Notes under the pieces: generated by a model
Database searches by the model: none
Told to the model about the DNA's origin: nothing
What the model saw: only the letters and a program-made list of their open reading frames with translations
Position numbers and translations under genes: made by a program
Shown here: one piece after another, positions 36,100-43,131 of the stretch
How positions within the stretch are numbered: position 1 is the stretch's first letter
How the letters are laid out: the number at the start of each line of letters is the position of its first letter
Source of the DNA: Burkholderiales bacterium
Lineage (GTDB): Bacteria > Pseudomonadota > Gammaproteobacteria > Burkholderiales > Burkholderiaceae_C
Length of the DNA stretch: 59,622 nucleotides
Assembly (NCBI GenBank): GCA_028871575.1
Contig: JAGWMW010000001.1
Coordinates: 1 to 59,622, forward strand
Direction: 5' to 3'

Positions 36100-38232
36100 C
36101 TAGGGCGCCGGCGAGCCCGCGGCGACGCTGCGCAGGTCCTGGGCCACGCGCCCGTCGTGCAGCGCGATCACGCGGCCCGCCGAGGCGATGGTCTCGGGTC
36201 GGTGGGCCACGATGATGCGAGTAAGCGCTAGCTGCCTGATCGAGTGATTGACGCTGCGCTCGCGCTCCACGTCGAGCGAGCTGGTGGCCTCGTCCAGCAG
36301 CAGGATCTTCGGCCGCTTGTACAGCGCCCGGGCGAGCAGGATGCGCTGCTTCTGCCCACCCGACAGCGCGGTGCCCATGTCGCCGATCAGCGTGTGATAG
36401 CCCATCGGCATGGCCTCGATTTCGTCGTGCACCGCGGCCACCCGCGCGCACTGCTCGGCCCAGGCCAGGTCGGGCGCCGGGCTGAAGAAGCTGATGTTGT
36501 CGGCGATCGAGCCCGAGAACAGCGGCTCGTCCTGCATCACCACGCCGACCTGGTCGCGCCATGCACGCAACCCCAGCCGGGCCAGCGGCACGCCACCGGC
36601 CAGCACCTCGCCCGCCACCGGCGCGTGCACGCCCAGGATGATCTTCAGCAGCGTCGTCTTGCCGCAGCCGGACGGGCCCACGATGGCCACCGACTCGCCG
36701 GGCTCGATCTTCAGGCTCAGGCCGCGCAGGATCTCGGGCTCGCCGTCGGCATAGGCAAAGCGCAGGTCGCGCAGCTCGATGCCGGCGCCGAGCTCGCGCA
36801 CGGGCGCGGCCGTGTCCACCTCGGGCGGCGTGAGCACGATGTCGGCCAGCCGCTCGCCCTGCAGCCGCAGCATGCCGACCTCCACGGCCTTGTCGATCAG
36901 GCCGCTGACCCGGGCCGCAAACGTCTCGCGGTAGGCGAAGAACGCGAACAGCATGCCCACCGAGAAGCGGCCGTCCAGCACCAGACGCGCACCAATCCAC
37001 ACCACCGCGACCCGCTCCAGGCCGAACAGCAGGCGGTGGCCCAGCGTCACCAGCAGGTCGAGCCGGCGCATGCCCAGCTGCGCGTTCATCGTCTCCACCA
37101 CCAGGCTGGCGAATCGCGACTGACGATCGCCCTGGGCGTTGAACTGCTTGATCGCCTGCACGCCGCGCAGCGATTCGAGGAAGTGGCTGGATTGCCGCGC
37201 CTCGAACACCAGCGCGTCCTCGGTGGCCCGCGCCAGCGGGCGGTACGCCAGCGCGCGCAGCAGCGCGTACAGGCCCACGGCGGCCAGCGACACGCCCGTC
37301 AGCACCCCGCTGTACAGCGCCATCATCGCCAGCGTCAGCAGCATCATCGCGCCGTCGAGCAGGGCCTCGAGGAAGCTCGTGGTCAGCGTGCGCTGGATCT
37401 GCTGCACCGCGCCGAAGCGCGACCAGATGTCGCCGATGTGCCGCTTCTCGAACCAGGCCACCGGCAGCCGCAGCAAGTGCGCGAAGACGCTCACCATCCA
37501 CTGCAGGTTCAGTGACGACGACAGCACCAGCACCGCCCAGGAGCGCGCCGCCGCCGTGGCCACCTGGATCAGCACCAGCAGCCCGAAGCCCAGGCCCAGC
37601 GTCAGCAGCAGGTCGCGATCGGCGCTGACCAGCACGTCGTCCACCACCCACTGCATGAAGAACGGGCTGGCCAGCACGAACAGCTCCAGCGCCAGCGCCA
37701 GCACCAGGATCTGCGCCAGCGCGCGCTTGAGCCCGCGCACCGGCCCGATCAACTGCCGCAGGCCGACGTGGCGCCGCTCCTGCGCGGGCTGGAAGCTGGG
37801 CGCCGGCTGCAGCTCGAGCAGCACGCCGGTGAAGTGGCGCGACAGCTCGGCCGGCCGCACCCGCCGCCGGCCCCGCGCCGGGTCGTGCACGATGGCATCG
37901 CCGCCGCGCCAGCCCACCAGCACCACGAAGTGGTTGAGGTCCCAGTGCAGGATGCAGGGCAGCTGTACTTGCGCGAGCTCGTCGAGTTCGGCCCGCAGCG
38001 CGCGCGAATTCAGCTGCAGCGCCTCGGCCATGCGCACCAGGTCGGCCAGCGTGACGCCCTTGAGCGATAGCGCGAACCGCCGTCGCAGCGCCGCCAGGTC
38101 GGTGTCCAGCCCGTGTGCCGCGGCCACCATGGCCAGGCAGGCCAGGCCGCACTCGGCGGCCTCGGTCTGCAGCAACACCGGCACCCGGCCGCGCAGGACC
38201 CCGAGCCGGGCGCCGTCGCCATCGGCCGTCAC
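36100..38232 (-). CDS. Peptidase-containing ABC transporter (C39 + TMD + NBD; CvaB/RaxB-like)
   Basis: GTG overlaps HlyD stop (GTGA); QTEAAECGLAC catalytic Cys, HWDLNHFVVL His, DP Asp; GPSGCGKTT, LSGGQKQR, LDEATS. Confidence 0.95.
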   Translation of the reverse strand: MTADGDGARLGVLRGRVPVLLQTEAAECGLACLAMVAAAHGLDTDLAALRRRFALSLKGVTLADLVRMAEALQLNSRALRAELDELAQVQLPCILHWDLNHFVVLVGWRGGDAIVHDPARGRRRVRPAELSRHFTGVLLELQPAPSFQPAQERRHVGLRQLIGPVRGLKRALAQILVLALALELFVLASPFFMQWVVDDVLVSADRDLLLTLGLGFGLLVLIQVATAAARSWAVLVLSSSLNLQWMVSVFAHLLRLPVAWFEKRHIGDIWSRFGAVQQIQRTLTTSFLEALLDGAMMLLTLAMMALYSGVLTGVSLAAVGLYALLRALAYRPLARATEDALVFEARQSSHFLESLRGVQAIKQFNAQGDRQSRFASLVVETMNAQLGMRRLDLLVTLGHRLLFGLERVAVVWIGARLVLDGRFSVGMLFAFFAYRETFAARVSGLIDKAVEVGMLRLQGERLADIVLTPPEVDTAAPVRELGAGIELRDLRFAYADGEPEILRGLSLKIEPGESVAIVGPSGCGKTTLLKIILGVHAPVAGEVLAGGVPLARLGLRAWRDQVGVVMQDEPLFSGSIADNISFFSPAPDLAWAEQCARVAAVHDEIEAMPMGYHTLIGDMGTALSGGQKQRILLARALYKRPKILLLDEATSSLDVERERSVNHSIRQLALTRIIVAHRPETIASAGRVIALHDGRVAQDLRSVAAGSPAP

Positions 38233-39482
38233 AGCCGGCTCCGCAGGCCCAGCAGGGGCTCGAACAGCCATTGCACCAGGCGCCGGCGGTCGAGCATCAC
38301 GTCGGCCTGCAGCCGCATCCCCGCGGCCAGCGGCATCGCGGCCCGGGGTGCCGGGTCCAGCGCCACCGTGATGCGGAACAGCGGCTCGCTGCCGGCCCCC
38401 ACGGCCGGCAGGGCCAGCGCCGCCAGCTCGTTGGCCGCCAGCGGCGTGCGCGACACCTGCAGCACATGGCCGGGCTGCTGCCCGAACTCCTGGTAGGGGA
38501 AGGCCTCGTAGCGCAACCGCACCGCCTGCCCGGTCCGCACGAAGCCCACGGCGCTGGACGGCGCGTACAGCTGCGCCTGCAGCCGGGCGCCGCTCGGCAC
38601 CAGCGTGGCCAGCGCCGCCGCCGGCGACACGCTCTGGCCGACCTCGGCCAGCACGGTGCTGACGGTGCCCGACTGCGGGGCCCGCACCACCACCTGCTGC
38701 GGCGCACCCTGCTCGGCCGCGTCGCGCTCGACCTGGGCCAGGTCGCGCTCCAGGCTGCCCACCCGGCCCTCGGTCTGCAGCGGCAAGTCTCGCTGCTCGC
38801 CCGCCAGGGTGTCGCGCTCGCGCAGCAAGGCGGCGCGCTGCCGGGCCAGCGTCTGCGCGGCGGCCTGCAGCCCCAGCACCTCGTCCGACTTCGCCTGCAC
38901 CTGCGCCGGCGAGATGAAGTGATCGGCCTGCAGCGACTGCAGACGCGCCAGCGCCTGCTGCGCCAGCGCCAGCCGCTGCTGCTGCAGCCTCGCCTCGATG
39001 TCGAACTGCGCCAGCTCGCCGGCCAGCGACGATTGCCGACGCTCGAGCTCGCCCTGGCGCGACTGCGCCAGGGCGCGCGCCGCCTGCACCGCCTCGCGCA
39101 GGCTGCGCCGGCGCTCGTCCAGGCTGCGGCTCACCTGGGCCTGCGCCTCGGCGCCAAAGGTCGGTCGGTCCAGATCGAGCACGAAGAGCACGTCGCCGGC
39201 CCGCACCGGCTGGCCTTCGGCCGCGCGCCGCTCGACGACCGTGCCGCTGACCGAGGGCACGAGCCGGATCAGGCCGCGGTCGGGCACGAGCACGCCGGCC
39301 ACGGTCGCCTTGCGCGTGTACTGCGCCAGGCTCACGAAGGCCCCCAGGGCCAGGAGGGCGCAGACGGCGCCGGCGGTCAGCCAGCTCAGCGCCAGCGGCC
39401 GCACCAGTTGCACCGGGCCCAGCCATTGCTGCCGCTGGGCCGCGATCGCCTCGGGTCGGAACAACGGGCGCGCGGAGGCCAT
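38229..39482 (-). CDS. HlyD-family membrane fusion protein (CvaA/RaxA-like)
   Basis: LFRPEA N-terminus, single TM, long coiled coil, APQSG, LRYEAFPYQEFG, GMRLQA...WLFEPL. Confidence 0.93.
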   Translation of the reverse strand: MASARPLFRPEAIAAQRQQWLGPVQLVRPLALSWLTAGAVCALLALGAFVSLAQYTRKATVAGVLVPDRGLIRLVPSVSGTVVERRAAEGQPVRAGDVLFVLDLDRPTFGAEAQAQVSRSLDERRRSLREAVQAARALAQSRQGELERRQSSLAGELAQFDIEARLQQQRLALAQQALARLQSLQADHFISPAQVQAKSDEVLGLQAAAQTLARQRAALLRERDTLAGEQRDLPLQTEGRVGSLERDLAQVERDAAEQGAPQQVVVRAPQSGTVSTVLAEVGQSVSPAAALATLVPSGARLQAQLYAPSSAVGFVRTGQAVRLRYEAFPYQEFGQQPGHVLQVSRTPLAANELAALALPAVGAGSEPLFRITVALDPAPRAAMPLAAGMRLQADVMLDRRRLVQWLFEPLLGLRSRL

Positions 39483-39487
39483 GGACG

Positions 39488-39518
39488 AAAAAATGCGGGC
39501 CGCTTCAGGCGGCCCGCA
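39488..39518 (-). terminator. Intrinsic terminator between precursor gene and HlyD gene
   Basis: TGCGGGCCGC-N5-GCGGCCCGCA perfect 10-bp stem plus T6 on minus strand. Confidence 0.8.
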
Positions 39519-39578
39519 AGCACCTCGGGATCGGAGGGACGGCTCCCGGGGAGCGCAAAAAACGGCTTCTGGCGCGGA

Positions 39579-39740
39579 TCAGCCCACGCGCGGCAGCGGC
39601 TCCGGCACCGAGGCACCGCCGCTCACGCGCTTCAGGCTGGCAGCCTCCAGCGGCTGGGGGCGGCGCGGCTCGGCGGCCTGGGCGGCCTGACGGGCCTGGG
39701 TGTGGCGGGACTTGCTGAACAGGGATTGCAGACGCTGCAT
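39579..39740 (-). CDS. Double-glycine leader precursor peptide (53 aa), not in the ORF track
   Basis: GGAG SD; MQRLQSLFSKSRHTQARQAAQAAEPRRPQPLEAASLKRVSGG|ASVPEPLPRVG; directly upstream of HlyD and C39 exporter. Confidence 0.85.
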   Translation of the reverse strand: MQRLQSLFSKSRHTQARQAAQAAEPRRPQPLEAASLKRVSGGASVPEPLPRVG

Positions 39741-39815
39741 GACTCGGCTCCATCCAAATCAGGCCCGGGAATCCGAACCCATGGAAAGATTGAATCAGTC
39801 GCATCGCGCGCGCGT

Positions 39816-39835
39816 AACTGTCAAGTCTTACAGGG
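39816..39835 (-). promoter_or_regulatory. lux box upstream of precursor gene
   Basis: CCCTGTAAGACTTGACAGTT (minus) = CTGT-N8-ACAG dyad; -10-like CAATCT 23 nt downstream. Confidence 0.78.
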
Positions 39836-39884
39836 TGCCGCTGCAAGCCGCGAGGCCGCCCCAGGGTGGCCGCTCGGTCCCACC

Positions 39885-40598
39885 TCAGTGGATGAGCCCC
39901 AGGCGCAGCGCCTTCAGCACCGCCTGGTGCTTGTTGTTGCAATTGAGCTTGTGCATCGCGTGGTTGATGTGCAGCACCGCCGTGCGTTCGGTGATGCCGA
40001 GCACCGCGCCCACCTCCCAGGCGGTCTTGCCCTCCATCGTCCAGCGCAGCACCTCGAGCTCGCGCGGCGTCAGCGCCGGCTTCTCGGCCTGCTGTGCAGG
40101 CGGCAGCAGCAGCCGCATTGCAGCTTCCTGGGCATGCACGGCGAACAGCTGCAGGTCGGCGACGATGCGCTGCAGCTCGCCGGGGTCGGCGGGCAGGGCC
40201 TGGTCGCGGTCCACGCCGAGCAGGAAATGCTTGCCCTCGGGCAGGTGCAGCGCCATCGCCACGCCGGTGCGGTAGCCGTAGCTGGCCTGCTGCTCCCACA
40301 GGTCGCCCGCGCCGCTGTCGACGTAGGTGTCCTGGTTCCAGATGATGGGCACCGTCTCGCGCTTGCAGTGCTGCAGCACCGGATCTCGACGCCCGTCGCT
40401 GACGTCGGAATAGGGCTCCACGTAGTCCTGCGGCGTGTTGTCGATCGTGATCAATTCGGCGCTGCCCAGCCCGCGATCGATCATCGTCACCGCCGAGACG
40501 GTCTCGAACCCGAGCTGGCGCGTGAAGCGCACCACCTCGTCGCGAAACTCTTCGCGGTCACGGGCCTGAAGCACCGTCGTATAACCACCCGGCAGCAT
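39885..40598 (-). CDS. LuxR-family regulator with autoinducer-binding domain (LuxR solo)
   Basis: NTPQDYVEPY...DPV...PIIW...G ligand domain; LTPRELEVLRW..EGKT HTH; no luxI in window. Confidence 0.93.
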   Translation of the reverse strand: MLPGGYTTVLQARDREEFRDEVVRFTRQLGFETVSAVTMIDRGLGSAELITIDNTPQDYVEPYSDVSDGRRDPVLQHCKRETVPIIWNQDTYVDSGAGDLWEQQASYGYRTGVAMALHLPEGKHFLLGVDRDQALPADPGELQRIVADLQLFAVHAQEAAMRLLLPPAQQAEKPALTPRELEVLRWTMEGKTAWEVGAVLGITERTAVLHINHAMHKLNCNNKHQAVLKALRLGLIH

Positions 40599-40640
40599 GG
40601 CGTTCCTCGCCCCATCGGCGCAAGACGTCAGGGCACGGCA

Positions 40641-40660
40641 CCCTGACAGGATTGACAGCT
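40641..40660 (+). promoter_or_regulatory. lux box upstream of DUF4902-like gene, 42 nt from the luxR start
   Basis: CCCTGACAGGATTGACAGCT, 15/20 identical to the box at 39816-39835; -10-like AAAGAT 22 nt downstream. Confidence 0.75.
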
Positions 40661-40694
40661 TTCGCAGGCTCGATGCTTGGCCAAAGATACGGCC

Positions 40695-41108
40695 ATGCAG
40701 AACATCGAAGCAGCAGCCCCACTCTCCAGCCTCCCTACCACGGCCTGGTCTTTGCGTTCTTGGCCCCCCCTATTGTGGCAGGCCGGCGAGCGTTCGCACG
40801 TGCGCTTTCAGCACCTGAGCACGCGCGTGACGCTGGGTCTTTGCGCACCCGGGCCCGCGGCCGGACAGACCGTCTGGGCAGCCTCGGCGGCCGACGGCGA
40901 GGCCGGCATGGCCTGGGACTGGGTGCTCATCGCGCGCGGCGTGGTCGCGATGGCCGACCCCATGTCCGTCATCACCAACGTGCGCCTGCTCGGCGAAGAA
41001 GGCGAAGTGCTGACGGCGGTGGAGTCGGCCCGCTTCCTCAACGAGTTCGTGCGTGCCCTGCCCTGGCAGCAGGAAGTGCAGCGCGCGCTCGGCCGGCAGC
41101 TGAACTGA
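40695..41108 (+). CDS. DUF4902-like protein
   Basis: GQTVW, GMAWDW, DPMSVITNVRL and LPWQQEV resemble the recalled DUF4902 pattern; divergent from luxR. Confidence 0.7.
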   Translation: MQNIEAAAPLSSLPTTAWSLRSWPPLLWQAGERSHVRFQHLSTRVTLGLCAPGPAAGQTVWAASAADGEAGMAWDWVLIARGVVAMADPMSVITNVRLLGEEGEVLTAVESARFLNEFVRALPWQQEVQRALGRQLN

Positions 41109-41181
41109 GAGCCCCTGCGGCCGGGCGCCCAGCCCGCCCCACGGGGGTCCACGCCAAGTGGCGACGCCCCATTGGCTCGAG
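41109..41181. repeat. Degenerate inverted copy of the 79-bp REP-like element
   Basis: GGCCGGGCGCCCAGCCCGCCCCACGGGGGTCCACGCCAAGTGGC aligns to the reverse complement of the 8228 unit; between convergent genes. Confidence 0.7.
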
Positions 41182-41194
41182 CCGCCGCCGCCGG

Positions 41195-42361
41195 CTACCG
41201 CAGCGCCACGCTGCGCAGCACGCGCACCACGTAAGCCAGCGCCAGCGCGGTCAGCAGCAGCCCCACCGCCACCCCGGGCAGCACCAGCGCCGGCGCCAGC
41301 GGCTCGCCCTTGAGCACGCGGCCCATCAGCGTGGTCTGCGCCAGCGCCGGCACCCAGTAGTGCCAGGGCCGGGCGCCCTCCTGGCCGAAAAGCGAGATCA
41401 GCGGCAGCAGCGACAGCCCCAGCACCAGCACGGTTGCGCCGGCCTGCGCCTCCTTGAACGTGCGGCAGCGGATCGCGATGGCCATCAGCAGCGCCGACAC
41501 CGCCCCTGCCAGCGGCAGCAGCAGGGCCACGAAGGCCAGCGCCTCGCGCGGGCCGAAGCGGAACATCGCCGCCAGCAGCTCGCTGCGCAGCAGCCACTGC
41601 CCGGGCAGGAAGCTCAGGCAGGACAGCACCGCGATCAAGAGGCCCACGCTGGCCACGGCCGCCCACTTGCCCAGCACGAGCGCGGCGCGCGGCGCCGGTT
41701 TCGTCAGCAAGGGCTCGAGCGAGCCGCGCTCGCGCTCGCCGGCCGTGCTGTCCAGCGCCGCGTTCAGGGCGCCGTACAGCACCGCCATCAGCACGAAGTA
41801 CGGCACCATCGCGCTGAGCTGCGCGGCCCGCGTGGCGGGGTCGGCGAGGTCGATCTCCTCGATGCGCACCGCCTGCAGCGCCGCCGGCGCCACCCCGCGC
41901 GCGGCCAGCCGCAGCACCGCCTGCTCGCGGTCGAAGCCGCGCAGCAGCCGCAGCAGAGCGCCCACCCCGGCCTGCGCGCGCGGGTTGCCCGAGCTCGACA
42001 CCACCTGCAGCCGCGGCGCGTGCCCGTCCACCAGGCCGGCCTCGAAGCCGGGCGGCACCACCAGCACCGGCTCGCCCAGGCGGCTGCTTTCGAGCTGCTG
42101 CTCGTAGTCGGCCGGCGCGGGCCGCAGCTCGCAGGTCTGGCGCTCGAAGTAGTTGCGCAGGCTGGGCGCCTGCGCCAGGCCCTGCACGACGACGACACGG
42201 TCTTCGGCGCGCCTCTCCAGCCCCGCCACCAGGTTCGAGACCAGCAGCAGCACCAGCGGCCCGATCGCCACCGAGCTGAGCAGCACCGTCGCCAGCGTGC
42301 GCCGGTCGCGCAGGGCGTCGACCAGCTCCTTGGCGTAGACGACCCAGAAGGCGCCCCTCAT
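41195..42361 (-). CDS. ABC-2 type exporter permease (NatB-like)
   Basis: KELVDALRDRRT, AGERERGSLEPLL, multiple TM segments. Confidence 0.88.
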   Translation of the reverse strand: MRGAFWVVYAKELVDALRDRRTLATVLLSSVAIGPLVLLLVSNLVAGLERRAEDRVVVVQGLAQAPSLRNYFERQTCELRPAPADYEQQLESSRLGEPVLVVPPGFEAGLVDGHAPRLQVVSSSGNPRAQAGVGALLRLLRGFDREQAVLRLAARGVAPAALQAVRIEEIDLADPATRAAQLSAMVPYFVLMAVLYGALNAALDSTAGERERGSLEPLLTKPAPRAALVLGKWAAVASVGLLIAVLSCLSFLPGQWLLRSELLAAMFRFGPREALAFVALLLPLAGAVSALLMAIAIRCRTFKEAQAGATVLVLGLSLLPLISLFGQEGARPWHYWVPALAQTTLMGRVLKGEPLAPALVLPGVAVGLLLTALALAYVVRVLRSVALR

Positions 42362-43131
42362 GGCGCCGCCTGCGGCGCGGCCGCGGCCTGCCCGTACGCC
42401 AGTCGCACGAAGGTCTCCTCGAAGTCGGCCTGCCCGGTGCGCGCGGCCAGCTCGCTCAGCGTGCCCTCGGCCACGGCACGCCCGCCGGCCATCACCACCA
42501 CCCGGTCGCACAGGCGCTCGACCTCCTGCATCACGTGGCTGGAGAACACGATGCACTTGCCCTGCTCGTCGCGCAGCCGGCGCAGGGTCTGGCGCAGCGC
42601 GCGCGTGGCCAGCACGTCCAGGCCGTTGGTGGGCTCGTCGAGCACGATGTTCGGCGGATCGTGCACCAGCGCCCGCGCCAGCGCGGTCTTCATGCGCTCG
42701 CCCTGGCTGAAGCCCTCGGTGCGGCGGTCCAGCAGCTCCCGCATCGCCAGCATGTCGGCCAGGGCCTCGGCCCGACGCCGAGCCACCACCGCCGGCAGGC
42801 CGTGCAGGCGGCCGTAATAGACGATGTTCTCGCGCGCGGTCAGCCGCGGGTACAGCCCGCGCGCGTCGCTGAGCACGCCCATCCGCGCCTGCGCGGCGGC
42901 CGGCGCGCCGGCCACGTCGATGCCGTCCACCCGCACCTGCCCGGCGTCGGCCCCGATCAGGCCGGCGGCGATGCGCAGCGTGGTCGTCTTGCCGGCGCCG
43001 TTGGGGCCGAGCAGCCCGGTGATGCAGCCATCGGCGGCCGTGAAGCTCAGGCCGTCGACGGCCTGCACCGGCGGCGCCCGGCGCCCTGGGCCGGAGGCGA
43101 ACTGCTTGCACAGGGCCTGCACCTCGATCAC
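42358..43131 (-). CDS. ABC exporter ATP-binding protein (NatA-like)
   Basis: GPNGAGKTT, FSQGE, LDEPTNGLD, SSH; GTGA overlap. Confidence 0.9.
   Translation of the reverse strand: MIEVQALCKQFASGPGRRAPPVQAVDGLSFTAADGCITGLLGPNGAGKTTTLRIAAGLIGADAGQVRVDGIDVAGAPAAAQARMGVLSDARGLYPRLTARENIVYYGRLHGLPAVVARRRAEALADMLAMRELLDRRTEGFSQGERMKTALARALVHDPPNIVLDEPTNGLDVLATRALRQTLRRLRDEQGKCIVFSSHVMQEVERLCDRVVVMAGGRAVAEGTLSELAARTGQADFEETFVRLAYGQAAAAPQAAP

Noticed and set aside
39582-39614. Core peptide as a plant hormone mimic like RaxX/PSY or CLE
   Set aside because: No DY sulfation site, no sulfotransferase; resemblance is limited to proline richness
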